DNA of 63,871 nucleotides, filler included, from Octopus bimaculoides (taxonomy: Eukaryota): NCBI RefSeq assembly GCF_001194135.2. It is 5 parts of 4 records of this genome, joined end to end, with 100 filler letters (N's around TTAATTAATTAA, not from the genome) between each part and the next. Parts side by side here need not be neighbours in the genome. Positions count along the whole stretch, not along the records: positions 26,160 to 50,734 come from NC_068990.1; positions 50,835 to 60,429 come from NC_068982.1; positions 60,530 to 62,066 come from NC_068995.1; 2 more parts are not named here. One strand, written 5' to 3'. This document shows positions 47,461-60,810 of the stretch, piece by piece (within the stretch, counting starts at the first letter, position 1; the number at the start of each line of letters is the position of its first letter). Both the position numbers and the translations under genes were made by a program. A model generated the notes under the pieces. That model was not told where the DNA came from and made no database searches. It saw only the letters and a program-made list of their open reading frames with translations.

Positions 47461-48971
47461 AACTTTGTGACGTGCATCTCCATTGGTGTTTTTTTCTCTT
47501 TCTTTTTAGTTTTCCTTTTTTCCTTTCCGCTTCTCTTTCTTTTTCTTTCTTCCTCTTTTACTCCCGGTTTTGGGATTGGACTTTTAATGTAGTTTTGTAC
47601 TGTAATATGTATCGTATATTTATCTGCTTTTTATCTTTTACTTGTTTCAGTCATTAGACTGCGGCCATGCTGGTGTATCGCCTTCAAGAACCTTTAGCTG
47701 GACGAAGTGCCACCACCGGGAAACGAACTCACAACCTTACGATCGTGGGCCAAATACTCTCACATGTTAAGTTAATCTCAAAATAAAACGTAAATAAATA
47801 AAATAACAGCGATTTTAGGGAAGATAGGGTCTAGTCGATTACATCGACCTCCAGGGTTCAACTGGTATTTATTTTATCGACAGCGGAAGGAATGAAAAGC
47901 AGAAGTCGCCCTCAGCGGCATGACAGACGATGTAAATGATGGCTGGCTGGATGAATGGATTCTGAAATTACACTTTACATCAAAGAAAGAGAGAGAGAGA
48001 GAAAGAGTAGAAACGAGATACAGAGAGTGTTAACATAAGAGGTGCAAGATGAGCGCACATACGAGGCTTGGTGGCGCACAACGGGTAAAAGAAAGCGACA
48101 GAGAGAAAGAAAGAAAGAGGGAGAGAGAGAGAGAAAGAAAGATAGAAAGAGGGAAGGAGGAAGAAAAGGGAGAGAAAGAAAGAAAAAAAGAAAGGAAGCA
48201 AAGAAGAAAAATTCATAGCTAGAGGAAAGAGAATGTGTGTGTGTGTGTGTGTGTTTGAAATTCACGGTGAGAGTAAATTTTTCAACTTTTTGTAAATGTT
48301 ACTTTTTACATTTTGCATATTGTTTTATTTAACGGTAATAAATATTTTTTCTATTGAAAAGTTGGTATTCCATCGTTTTGCATAAGCTCCAAAAAATTTG
48401 ATAACAGCTAAATTATGATTATTGAATGCATGGCCATATTTCTTGATATTACCCATAACTGCAAAAGTATACTTCTAAATCTTGCTGTCTTGGGAGGGTC
48501 GTTACACCAACAATAATGATACACGCACTGGTTTATTATCACTTCTTTATTGTTAGTTAATTGCTTAAATATCTAACCTACTTACTATTCGATTGTTTGG
48601 TTGGTTATTAATCGATTGTGTTAAGCAATTAATCAGTCGTTTGTTAGTCAACCAGTGTGTGTGTGTTTATTAGTATCGGTGTAATGGCCCTCCCAAGACA
48701 CAAGACTTGTTTCAACACACGAATTCACATCAAGAACCTAGCAAACAAAATACATAGACCAAGTATACTTCCGCAACATATACGTTTTGAACGAGAATGC
48801 AAGAAAACGTGGCCAATGACCACCACTCTACGGACCACCACTCTACAGACCACCACTCCTCAGTAAATAGATTTTCATTGAGTCATAAAAATAAGAGACA
48901 AACGGAGCCAGAATAAATAAATGATAAAGAAAAGGTTATAAAATGCAAGAAACATGTTCATAGGATGTTCG

Positions 48972-49390
48972 TAAGGCGGCGAGATGGCAGAAATGTTAGC
49001 ACGCTGGGCGAAATGCTTAGCAGTATTTCATCTGTCTTTATGTTCTGAGTTCATATTCTGCCGAAGTCGACTTTGCCTTTCATCCTTTCGGGGTTGGTAA
49101 ATTAAGTACCAGTTGCATACTGGGGACAATCTAATCGATTGGCCCCCTCCCCAAAAAATGTCGGGCCTTGTGCCTAGTGTAGAAAAGAATCGTTAACACG
49201 ACGGGCAAAATGTTTAGCGGCAGTTGGTTCGTCTTTATATGTTCTGATTTCAAATTCTGCCGAGGTCGACTTTGCCTTTCATTCTATTCGGGAGCAATAA
49301 AATATGTACCAGTTGATTACTGGAATCGGTGTAATCGACTTACCCACTCCCCCACCTAGACTTGCTGGCCTTGTGCTTAAATTAGAATTC
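48972..49390 (+). mobile_element. Two tandem family B SINEs
   Basis: First copy at 48972-49187 runs straight into a head-clipped second copy. Confidence 0.85.
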
Positions 49391-49714
49391 AATATGATTC
49401 GTTTAGCTTCTAAGAAAACCATGATCAAAAACAGCTTTCCAGCATTTTTACTCGGACACAGTGTACCTGGGACTACGTTATTCTGTGTGTCCTTACACTT
49501 TTTTTAAGACAGTAGAGGTTACAATTTGGCTGTTATTTCTCACAGATCGAGCAACCACACAGAGCCTCATCCCGTCACTACCGTCGACTGGAGTTGAGTG
49601 CTGCTGTTTAGCTCTAGGTCGACCGTCGTTGAGCAAACCTTGGGTCATAGACGTGATCATCTTGTCTTTCCGTGGTGTTTCTTGGACTACCTGATCTGTT
49701 CGATTATTATTATT

Positions 49715-49925
49715 GAACTGACAGAATCGTTAGAGCGTGGGAAGAAATGCTTGCAGTGTATTTCTTGCAGTCTTTTACGTTCTAGGTTCAAATCCTGCCG
49801 AGGTCAACTTTACCGTTTATCCTTTTGGGGTCGATAAAATAAAGTACTAGTCCAAGTACTGGTTCGAAGAATCCATTCACTCTGCCTCTAAAAGCTACTG
49901 GCCTTGTGCCAAAGTTTGAAACAGT
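49715..49925 (+). mobile_element. SINE family B (diverged)
   Basis: gacagaatcgttag...ggttcaaatcctgccgaggtcaac...ggccttgtgccaaagtttgaa. Confidence 0.75.
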
Positions 49926-50734
49926 ATTACTATTAAAACGGTTGGTTTAAATTAGAGTTGGTATTCCTACCTGGTTAAGATTTTAGCTGGTATTTCTAGC
50001 TAGTCAAGCAACCACATGGAAGACACGTCTCAGGTCAGTACTCATCCAGATTATAATAAAAGATGGTCAAATCGTGATTAAATCGTCTCTGTTTATTTAT
50101 ACACAGTATATATATCTAAACCCGGATTATCGCGTGTATCCTTTGTTCTTTTAATGAAAGACACCAGACACTGACTTAAAAGATGTCTGGACTATTGTTT
50201 CTAGCAGTTCAAACCATGTATTAAGTGAGTAATCGGCATAACTCCAGAATGGTCCCCCCCCCCCCACTGACTTGGTTTCTTTTTTAATTTTCTGAAATAT
50301 GTACATTTTTCGATGAAATTTTGAAGAGTGTAGATTATGATTAGAAAAAATGTAGATTGATATCTTATAGGTCGTTCTTTAACTCCTCTCTCCCGACTTT
50401 GTTACCAATTCCTGTAACTTTGGCGTTTTTTATTTCTTCCTTAAGAATTATGTTTCAAACATCAGCTTTACGTAATCCACAATTTCAGAAACGTATTTGT
50501 GTGAAATGTCACTAAAAAATATGCATTTTAAAGTCATGAGGAAACAAAATCGGAGGGAGGGGAACGTTCTGAAACTCCTTCAAAAAAGATTTTTTTAATG
50601 TTATCAACATAATCGTATTCTACACCCTAAAAAACGTATTTCTGCAAAATATTTTTTTAAAACGTGTACATTAAAGAAAGTTATGAGGAAACAAAGTCGG
50701 AAGAGAGGAGCGAATGATCTGGGACTCCTAAAAA

Positions 50735-50834
50735 NNNNNNNNNNNNNNNNNNNNNNNNNNNNNNNNNNNNNNNNNNNNTTAATTAATTAANNNNNNNNNN
50801 NNNNNNNNNNNNNNNNNNNNNNNNNNNNNNNNNN
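50735..50834. other. Artificial scaffold-join linker
   Basis: 44 N + TTAATTAATTAA (50779-50790) + 44 N. Confidence 0.95.
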
Positions 50835-51778
50835 TATATGTATATACTTTGGTATTACTCTTTAGTTTATATTTTACATAAATACAAATAATAGGATTCT
50901 ATAGAATTAGGAAAGAAAAGAAATGATAAGCTGATCAATTTTCATGTAAATTTAGAAACTTTTTTATTAAATTAGTTCCCTAAACTTCAAATAATTTACT
51001 GTGTGATATCAGATATGATATCATGCTGTTGACTATTCTGGTTACACTGGAATGTTTTTACTATTTACCACAACCTTATTAACTAAGTAATTCGCTAGTT
51101 GTAAATTCACTGAAATTGAGCCTGCGTAGGAATTTCGTGATCATAAATAATTTCTTGTTTTTAAATACTTCATTTGAAAGACAACATTATAATGCGAGCT
51201 CAACTGATTTGAATCGCATTCACATGGTAGATATGACGTTTGAAGCAAAAGACTTGTATAGAAATTCAATCATGTAATTTCTGCTCATTAACTGAAAAAT
51301 ATATGCAAGTACGTCTGAAAGCAAATGAGTAAAAAATGCCGACTGCAAGCTTGTTTGTATTATCGATGTCAGGAGGAAGTGGCTTTTATGGCAACAGCTT
51401 TCACAAAGTTAGAAAACGCTTGGGTTTTATATTACATTTGGACAATAAGAACGACAGGTGATGTTATATCATAGCAAAAGCAAATATCAACAAAACCCGA
51501 GGCAAGTAAGTATTATAACGTCGTGACTCAACATATTTTATTGTGCGTAAATTTGGTATAGTCAAATATTTAGGACGAGCCTTGGCAGTCAAGTTAAGAG
51601 CAGCATCAGTCTAATGCGGTGCTAGCCAGCTTTATATCAGAGCTGAGTAGATGGATTAATGTGAAATAAAATGCTTTGATCAAGAATACAACTTGCTGCC
51701 TGGTGCACGAATTTAATCCTAGGCATTGTGCTCGTACCTGGTTGCTCGTGCGCCTAGCACACACACATACATATATGC

Positions 51779-51812
<34 letters not shown>

Positions 51813-51816
51813 GCAC

Positions 51817-51864
<48 letters not shown>

Positions 51865-51880
51865 ACCTGACATACTACAG

Positions 51881-51904
51881 GCTATGTCTTTGTGGAGAAG
51901 TGAG
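51881..51904 (+). other. Candidate 24-nt micro-exon
   Basis: ttttacCTGACatactacAG acceptor with a branch-like motif and a GAG|GTAAGA donor. Two frames are open (LCLCGEV or AMSLWRSE). Confidence 0.3.
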
Positions 51905-52990
51905 GTAAGAGAGATTGTTCTATAGGTTTTAGCATCTGATTTGCTTCCTCATATAGCGTTATAGTGTATTTTATGGACCTTTAAAATACGGCAGACTCTG
52001 ATGATGATTTTACACGCATTTCATTTATGGCTGATAATACGCATAACTACTTTGTTTAAGTAATGAATAGTTTTAGAATTGTTATGCATACCTAAGAACA
52101 AGATTTGGTTGCCTATTGGCATCTCGCCTGGTGGGTGGTGAATACTGTTTGTACTGATCATTCAACAGTCCGCCTATCATGCTAGCGTCGAAAATCAATG
52201 AGTCATATTCGGAAAACATTTGTCCTATCTTGTACAGTAAGAGGTATATTGTTTTCCAAATATAAAGAAAGATTTGAAGTTAAATTTTATATACTCTGTA
52301 TCCCCGATATCTTCTGCCCTTTTTATATTCCATACACTCTTATGCTTTGCAATTTTGTGGAATTTCTGTAAAGTCATATAAGATCTTTTCTATTCGCACT
52401 ATTCTTTTTCTATGAATTACACTTTTGTATTACAGTTTTTGTCATTGTCCTCAAATGCTTACGTTTCATGTAACTGCTTTGTACAAGATACTTTCGAGTA
52501 AATGTTGTTTATCATTAGTACCGGAGTGACAGCATGGTGTGTGTGATGCGTGTTGGTGTGAAAGATAAATTTTGTATTCATGTTGAGATTAGAGCTGCTA
52601 TGCTACATTCTGTATCATGTTTTATGAAGACGATTGTTGCTCACTCACTACAGCCCATTCTCTATATATATATTCACATTTTATGGAAGGGGTGTGGTAG
52701 GCTAAAAAACTCTCTTCTGAAGAAACTCAGTGACGCTATGTAAACCACTTGTGACTTTGATGGATTTATGAGGAAGTTTCCACCGAACAGAACTCTCTAC
52801 GTGTAGAGGATGATCGAAATTAGAGTTTGTACCGTTCTTTCCATGTCAGTAGGTACCACTAGGAAAGAATCAACAGTTGGTTCCGATGCCGTTAACATAG
52901 AGAAAGACGAGAATACGGCAAGAGAGTGAAAGCGAGATAGAACTATAAATTATAGAACACAAAGCGTGATACAAGCAAATAGATTTGTAA

Positions 52991-53042
<52 letters not shown>

Positions 53043-53147
53043 CACACATACACACACACATGCATGCACACACACATGCATGCACACACACATGCACACA
53101 CACACACACATGCACACACATATACACGTACATACGTATATAACATA

Positions 53148-53890
53148 CAGGATGTACCAAAAGAAACTGATGGGTTTTAAATTTTAGTAACTTACTTAAC
53201 TTTACAAATATATGCATGAAATTTTGTTACAATAAAAGAGACATAATGGAAATATGCCCAAGTCGAATTTTGCAACACCACTACATTGCATTTGAAAATG
53301 GTTTCGCACGCCCGTGCTCTTTCCAAAACTCGCACCATAACAACCTCAAGAATTTCAGACCTCACTTCTTAGATTTCTCTATCCTTGTTCTTCAGTTGTA
53401 TCAGTGACTCCGGTTTGTTGACGTTAACCCTCTCTTTGAGGTATCCTCGAAATAAAGGAATCCGGGTTAGTCAAGTCTGGGGAAAGTGAAGGACATTCAA
53501 ATTACACCTTGCATATGGTTCCAGCAAGACGGGACAACCGCTCATATCGCAAGAGAGACAATGCAGTTGCTACGGCAGTGCTTTGGAGAAAGAATAATCT
53601 CCCGCTACGGCAATGTCAACTGGCTTTCAAGTCCAGTTGACTTGACTAGCCCGGATTTTTTCTTGCTAGTATAGCTGAAAGAAAGGGTTTACGTCAACAA
53701 ACCAGCGACCCTGTCTCAAAATCTTTAGGGTGTTATGGTACAAATTTTGGAAAGAGCACAGGAGTGTAAAGGTGAAAATGGCTGCTATTTAAGCGATCAC
53801 TTTTCATATATGATGTACTGGTGTTGCAAAATTCGACTTGTGCATTAAACTGACATACATTGATTTGTAAAGTTCAAGAAGTTATTAAAA
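53148..53890. mobile_element. DD41D (rosa/Visitor-type) mariner derivative made of two outward-facing 3' ends
   Basis: WFQQD-(41 aa)-DFF on + at about 53510-53665. 53148-53480 is a diverged reverse complement of 53630-53890. TA|CAGGATGTACC end at 53148. Confidence 0.8.
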
Positions 53891-55357
53891 ATGTATATAT
53901 GGGTATATATGCATATATATATATATAANNNNNNNNNNNNNNNNNNNNNNNNNNNNNNNNNNNNNNNNNNNNNNNNNNNNNNNNNNNNNNNNNNNNNNNN
54001 NNNNNNNNNNNNNNNNNNNNNNNNNNNNNNNNNNNNNNNNNNNNNNNNNNNNNNNNNNNNNNNNNNNNNNNNNNNNNNNNNNNNNNNNNNNNNNNNNNNN
54101 NNNNNNNNNNNNNNNNNNNNNNNNNNNNNNNNNNNNNNNNNNNNNNNNNNNNNNNNNNNNNNNNNNNNNNNNNNNNNNNNNNNNNNNNNNNNNNNNNNNN
54201 NNNNNNNNNNNNNNNNNNNNNNNNNNNNNNNNNNNNNNNNNNNNNNNNNNNNNNNNNNNNNNNNNNNNNNNNNNNNNNNNNNNNNNNNNNNNNNNNNNNN
54301 NNNNNNNNNNNNNNNNNNNNNNNNNNNNNNNNNNNNNNNNNNNNNNNNNNNNNNNNNNNNNNNNNNNNNNNNNNNNNNNNNNNNNNNNNNNNNNNNNNNN
54401 NNNNNNNNNNNNNNNNNNNNNNNNNNNNNNNNNNNNNNNNNNNNNNNNNNNNNNNNNNNNNNNNNNNNNNNNNNNNNNNNNNNNNNNNNNNNNNNNNNNN
54501 NNNNNNNNNNNNNNNNNNNNNNNNNNNNNNNNNNNNNNNNNNNNNNNNNNNNNNNNNNNNNNNNNNNNNNNNNNNNNNNNNNNNNNNNNNNNNNNNNNNN
54601 NNNNNNNNNNNNNNNNNNNNNNNNNNNNNNNNNNNNNNNNNNNNNNNNNNNNNNNNNNNGTGTTTGAGTGTTTTTGTGTCGGTGGGGATGTAGGTGTGTG
54701 TACGTGAGACTGTGCGTATATCTCTTTGTCTGAGTGTGTATGTGTTGTTTTGATCGTCTTTGTGGTGTGTGTGTGTGTGAGAGCAACCGTATGTATGTGT
54801 GAGGGTGTGTACGTATGTGTGCGTATGTGTGTGTATGTATGTGGGCATCTGTGTGTGTGCGTGGGAGTGTTTTGTGTGAGTGTGGGAGTGTTGTGTGTGA
54901 GTGTGGGAGTGTGTGTGTGTCTCTCTGTCTGATATATATATATATATATTTCATGTATATATGCATATATGTGTATAGAAGATACCAACTGTTTAAACAA
55001 TATGAATTACGAAAACAAACCAGTTGAATACGCAAACAACGAGACAAAAAATTAAAGATTTTTTGGGAGCAACAGTCTTCGAAGAATCGTATTGTCATCG
55101 TATGCTTGGAAGAGGTGTAAATAGACAGCCAACACCTGATGAAGGATCGTTCCCTGTTACTTGTCTTGTCTCCATTTTTCCCTCGTTTGCGTATTTCACT
55201 CGTTTGTTTTCTTACTTCTTGTTGTTTACACAGTTGGTGACGTCCTTTACGCATATACAAACACACACACACACACACCCACACCCACACACACACACAC
55301 ACACACACACNNNNNNNNNNNNNNNNNNNNNNNNNNNNNNNNNNNNNNNNNNNNNNN

Positions 55358-55390
<33 letters not shown>

Positions 55391-55458
55391 ATATATGCGT
55401 ACAGTGCGTCACCAACTGAGTAAATAACATGAAGTACGGAAATAATCTAGTTAAATAT

Positions 55459-55970
55459 ATAAGATGGTGAGTCAGGACAGGTATAATTCGCAACACAGGA
55501 ACATGTATCATATATCAAAATGAAGCTGGGCCTCTGTGAATCACATCCCTACTTTTCAACATAGTCATCGTTTCTCTCAATAGCAATGTTCCACCTTCGA
55601 ATGAGAGCATGTATCCCTGCCTCGCAAAAATTCTGTTGACTGTTCTTTGAGCCGCTTCTTCACTACAGTTTCCACTTCATCGTCACTGGAATAATCTTTG
55701 CCTCTCAAGCCCTCTTTCATGGGGCCGAAGTGATGATAGTCCTGTCACGAGGAAGTGAAAACTGTCGTAAAGAATTGGTCAATTTTACGGGGCAGGGATA
55801 CATGCTCTCATTTGAAGGTGGAACATTGCTATAGAGTGAAACGGTATATTGAGAAGTAGGGATATGATCCACAGAGGAGCAGCTTCATTTTGATGTATGA
55901 TACATGTTCCTGTATTGGTAATTTCACCTGTCCTAAGCAAAATGGCATTACTTTTTGACTCACCCTCGTA
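55459..55970. mobile_element. Mariner (DD34D/Mos1-type) foldback derivative made of two 3' ends
   Basis: Minus strand DYHHFGPMKEGLRGKDYSSDDEVETVVKKRLKEQSTEF...GIHALIRRWNIAIERNDDYVEK*. The same 3' end is inverted at 55780-55968. TIR CGAGGGTGAGTCAAAAAG with TA. Confidence 0.85.
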
Positions 55971-57140
55971 TACATACATATATATATGTATATATATATA
56001 TATATATATNNNNNNNNNNNNNNNNNNNNNNNNNNNNNNNNNNNNNNNNNNNNNNNNNNNNNNNNNNNNNNNNNNNNNNNNNNNNNNNNNNNNNNNNNNN
56101 NNNNNNNNNNNNNNNNNNNNNNNNNNNNNNNNNNNNNNNNNNNNNNNNNNNNNNNNNNNNNNNNNNNNNNNNNNNNNNNNNNNNNNNNNNNNNNNNNNNN
56201 NNNNNNNNNNNNNNNNNNNNNNNNNNNNNNNNNNNNNNNNNNNNNNNNNNNNNNNNNNNNNNNNNNNNNNNNNNNNNNNNNNNNNNNNNNNNNNNNNNNN
56301 NNNNNNNNNNNNNNNNNNNNNNNNNNNNNNNNNNNNNNNNNNNNNNNNNNNNNNNNNNNNNNNNNNNNNNNNNNNNNNNNNNNNNNNNNNNNNNNNNNNN
56401 NNNNNNNNNNNNNNNNNNNNNNNNNNNNNNNNNNNNNNNNNNNNNNNNNNNNNNNNNNNNNNNNNNNNNNNNNNNNNNNNNNNNNNNNNNNNNNNNNNNN
56501 NNNNNNNNNNNNNNNNNNNNNNNNNNNNNNNNNNNNNNNNNNNNNNNNNNNNNNNNNNNNNNNNNNNNNNNNNNNNNNNNNNNNNNNNNNNNNNNNNNNN
56601 NNNNNNNNNNNNNNNNNNNNNNNNNNNNNNNNNNNNNNNNNNNNNNNNNNNNNNNNNNNNNNNNNNNNNNNNNNNNNNNNNNNNNNNNNNNNNNNNNNNN
56701 NNNNNNNNNNNNNNNNNNNNNNNNNNNNNNNNNNNNNNNNNNNNNNNNNNNNNNNNNNNNNNNNNNNNNNNNNNNNNNNNNNNNNNNNNNNNNNNNNNNN
56801 NNNNNNNNNNGGAGGGAGGGAGGGGAGTAGGTGGGTAGGTATTGATCTGCTGATATTTTGTCATAGAATTACAACGAAGAAAAAAATAATTACTCGGAAA
56901 CGAAAAGAAGCCGATGCCGACGATATATATCTGTCGTTACATTTAATATGTATGCGTGTGTGTATATATATTTATATTGATTTGTATCGTTGTGCATATG
57001 GATATAAAAGTTTTCATTAATACTATTCCGTTCCGATAAGCCTCCCCTAGCGCTTAGTCTGTCCTGTTTATATTTGCAACCAGACTTACATGAAATTACA
57101 ACTGCTGCGTGGAAAAATTCACACACAATATGTATGTTAC

Positions 57141-57192
57141 CTGTATGACACGGTTTGATCAATGGCCTTTTCAATGAAATCCGACTGCACCC
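57141..57192 (-). CDS. Candidate 52-nt exon, product unknown
   Basis: ccaactagcAG acceptor and CAG|GTAACA donor. Frame (x)VQSDFIEKAIDQTVSY. Confidence 0.25.
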
Positions 57193-58232
57193 CTGCTAGT
57201 TGGCAACAGCAGCAGCAACAGCATTTCTAGAAAGAACAGTCAGATCTCAACCAAATAATATCACACTCTTTTAATAATAAAAAAGCATATTGCATAATAT
57301 TAACATTCGAACACACTGTCTAAACGAAGTCTAGGTGATCACCTAGACTATATTGCTTCTGCTGTGATAAACCCGGCCTTAGAATTATCAACAAGAAGAA
57401 GCATAAATCTCACTTTCTTGCTCGTTATGTACATATATTTATTTTTCTTAGGAGTTTTTCGCTTAGTGATTCGGGATTTTTACTTCGTCTTTAGTTTTAC
57501 AATTTTGAAGCATTCAGTGTTTACATACAATCTGTAATGTTTAGTATGATCTTTATAGGGTTTTTTGATTGTTTATAATATAATATTTATAACTGTCAAT
57601 TTATTCATGTATTGCACATTAAACCAACTTGATTATGATCAGAATATATGTATATTCGAGCTTCGTCTCCTGCCGGGCATCACTTTACAAGCTGTTGCTT
57701 CAAATCAGCATTCTAATTTAACTAACGCCTCGTCAATGTTGTGTATTTACACCTCGGAACATTGTTGTTTCCCATACTAAGATATACATTTTCAAATACA
57801 GGAGTCAATACAGCACAATACTGATAACAATATTAATGGTAATATCTAACATGTAGAATGTATCATATAAATGATATTTCAGTAATCCGCATCTTTTTAA
57901 TGTTTATTGTGAATAGTTACAACCAAATGAATTTCACATGCTCTACTTGAACCCATTTCAGGAAAATGCCTAAACTACTGTGTCTTTATAGGTTCTACTC
58001 CTAAAAGTAAATAATACCATCGAAGAAATCTATCTATTGTATCATTTGAATACATTTTTTGTAAATCTACTACAACCTTTTGCTTGATTAAAATACTTCT
58101 GTATAATTTTCTAATATTGTTTGCTGAGTGGCAAGTAGTAGTAATGCACACTTCTTTCACAGACTGGGATACTTAGCCTTGATGTGCCAACTGGTAGGGA
58201 AAATTGACAACTTAAATATATTATTTCCTTAC

Positions 58233-58335
58233 TTGTGTTATTACCATGATGCACCTTTGCCAGCGAAAGCTGGTTTCTTCTGACCTTTTGCGCGGTTACT
58301 ATTGATTGATACAGTAGAATTCTTTTGGAACCAAA
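58233..58335 (-). CDS. Candidate 103-nt exon, product unknown
   Basis: attcttattttaatatAG acceptor and CAA|GTAAGG donor. Open frame FGSKRILLYQSIVTAQKVRRNQLSLAKVHHGNNT is phase-compatible with 57141-57192. Confidence 0.25.
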
Positions 58336-59959
58336 CTATATTAAAATAAGAATGTTTTGAAAAGACAATGTTGCTGAAATATCACGTCGACTCTTCAGAT
58401 ATGTACATATACAATGTGTATACATATTGTACGTACATTTAAAGTAAAAGAATACATTTTTCGTTGATCAATATCGAAGAACAGCAGAGTTGAATAGCGT
58501 GAATACAAATGTAGATAGTAATTTTGTGCATAAGGAAGCATAAGATAACATATATCGGTAGGGTTTGGCTGTTTATTTTGTAAAGTTTAAAATATATTTT
58601 TAGATCATCTGTTCCCTGAGATAATGACTAATTGTATTTTATAGATATGTTGCCAATAATATTGCAGACAGTCTTCAGTATATTAAATAATTTTCGATTG
58701 TAAAAACTATGCATATCTCTGTAAATATAGATGTGTGCACAATATAGAAATCGTTATATAGACCTTGGGACTTAGGTATATAAACAAAAAGAAAACTAGA
58801 CTGTTCAGTAATTTATGCTATTCTCTACATACAGCCATATCTTAGACTCTGAATTTAGACTCTAATAATCTTGCAGTCTTTAACTGGTCCACTTGGCTGA
58901 TCTGCGGCTCTATATGAGAGGTTTTACATTTAATTCCCTTACGCTAACCGAATAAAATTGTCTCGTATTTATTTTTTCTGTTATGTCTACAACTTTATAT
59001 CCTGGGTGGATAGAATTGGAATTATATTCTGCATCCTCTCTGTTAGTTGTAGGGTTTATTTCTCTTCTGTTTATTTTGTAGGTGTTTATTTTATGGATTA
59101 GTTGTGTCATTATACCGAACAGGGATTGTGAAGATTGTGCCTTGGAAGAGTTGTGTAGGCTGTGTTAGATAATTAGGCGCCAGATATGTACAATATGAAT
59201 TGCTGTATTGGTTCACGTATGGGTTCTACTATATTGTCAAACATAAATTATTTAAGAACATATATTACTTTATTGGTTTGGGGCATTAGAAAATATATGC
59301 TACTCGACTTGCTTTAAATTTCGGGGATATTTTACTGCAGAATGTTTAATGAATTGAGTTATTTTACTGAAAATTAATTTCGTAGGGTATGTTTCAGAGT
59401 TTGTAATATATCACCTGCCATAAAATTCACAGTGTCATGATTACAAAGCGGTGCCTAAGATATTCTTTTGCTTTATTCCAGCATGTCTTTTATGTGCGTT
59501 TGGCTTCTCTATCGTATATGGCTAGCCAATTCTTATTGGCACTGTTCTTCATATAACATATTTATCAAAGTTCATTTGTAATTCAAGTTACCTATTTTCC
59601 TCAACCTAATTTAGGTTAGAACAGAGCGAAATATAAATAAAGTTACATAGATTTCTTCTCCCAAATATTTTCATCCCATCCAGACGCATTGTAACTTTTA
59701 GTATATTCATTCTTTTCTATATAATTTCTCCTACCCAGTGTATTTGAATTGTTTTCCGCATATATCACTTCGATTTTGATATTGGAATGTAGCAAATTTG
59801 CTTAGATTGCTTCTATTGTGGCTGTAACATATATAAATGAGTTCTATATGGTGATATTATTGCCCGTGTCCACTTTTATTATGTCTATAATGGCCAGGTT
59901 TGAATTAGTTATAGTTACTGGATTCACTGAGATTTTTCCCAAAGCCAGCAACATTTAAT

Positions 59960-60130
59960 GCATGGTAAGTCAATTTCATCGACACCAGTGCTCATCAAGT
60001 ACTTATTTTATCGATCCCAAAAGGATGAACAGCAAATTCGACTTCAGCGTAATTTAAACTCAGAAGGTAAAAACGAACTATATGATGTTAAACATCTTGC
60101 CCGGTGTAATGAGGATTCTGCTAGTTCACA
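59960..60130 (-). mobile_element. SINE family B (diverged), head abutting (TTA)n
   Basis: taagtcaatttcatcgacaccag...aaactcagaaggtaaaaacg...gattctgctagttcac. Confidence 0.7.
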
Positions 60131-60143
60131 GCATTTCATATAG

Positions 60144-60193
<50 letters not shown>

Positions 60194-60429
60194 GTTTTTT
60201 TTTCTTCTTTCTTCAAATTTTTTCCCATTTCTCGCCGAGTGTTTTCCGTACACCTAGGGCAGAGAAACGTTGTATGCATTCCCAATTTACACACGCAGAT
60301 TCATAGGTAAAACATGTATTTAAGAAAAAAAAAAATCATGAATGGATGTTGTTTTCACAGCGATAATGCTCTTCTTAGTACATGAGTCGTTCCAGTTAGC
60401 ACGATTTTTTGCACCTCCTGTAGAGATGG

Positions 60430-60529
60430 NNNNNNNNNNNNNNNNNNNNNNNNNNNNNNNNNNNNNNNNNNNNTTAATTAATTAANNNNNNNNNNNNNNN
60501 NNNNNNNNNNNNNNNNNNNNNNNNNNNNN
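60430..60529. other. Artificial scaffold-join linker
   Basis: 44 N + TTAATTAATTAA (60474-60485) + 44 N. Confidence 0.95.
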
Positions 60530-60810
60530 TGTTTATGTGATCTCAAATTTTAAAACAAACACATAATTTTCTTATGGTTTCTTAAACATTCTCTAGAACA
60601 ACACTATGTACAAATGCAAATATATGGTACCCTAGGCATAACACCTACATGAACTTCTAACTTGTTGTCTCTTGAAGTCTCTGGGTGAGACTTGGATCCA
60701 ACTTGTACAAATGCAAAGCAAAAGTCAAACATAAAATAATAATAATAACAATAATAATAACATCGAAAAATACCTTAGGAATGAGAACCCAAGTTCGAAA
60801 TTTCCCCCAA

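Noticed and set aside
51884-51904. MSLWRSE resembling the V-ATPase a-subunit N-terminus
   Set aside because: Seven residues are too few, and no following exon with the expected EMxLxQL was found.
55131-55145. Intact CTGATGA hammerhead core (AACACCTGATGAAGG)
   Set aside because: No stem II closure followed by GAAA downstream, so the ribozyme cannot be completed.
58860-59930. Possible Penelope or integrase ORF remnant
   Set aside because: No diagnostic RT, GIY-YIG or DDE motif could be recovered in any frame.
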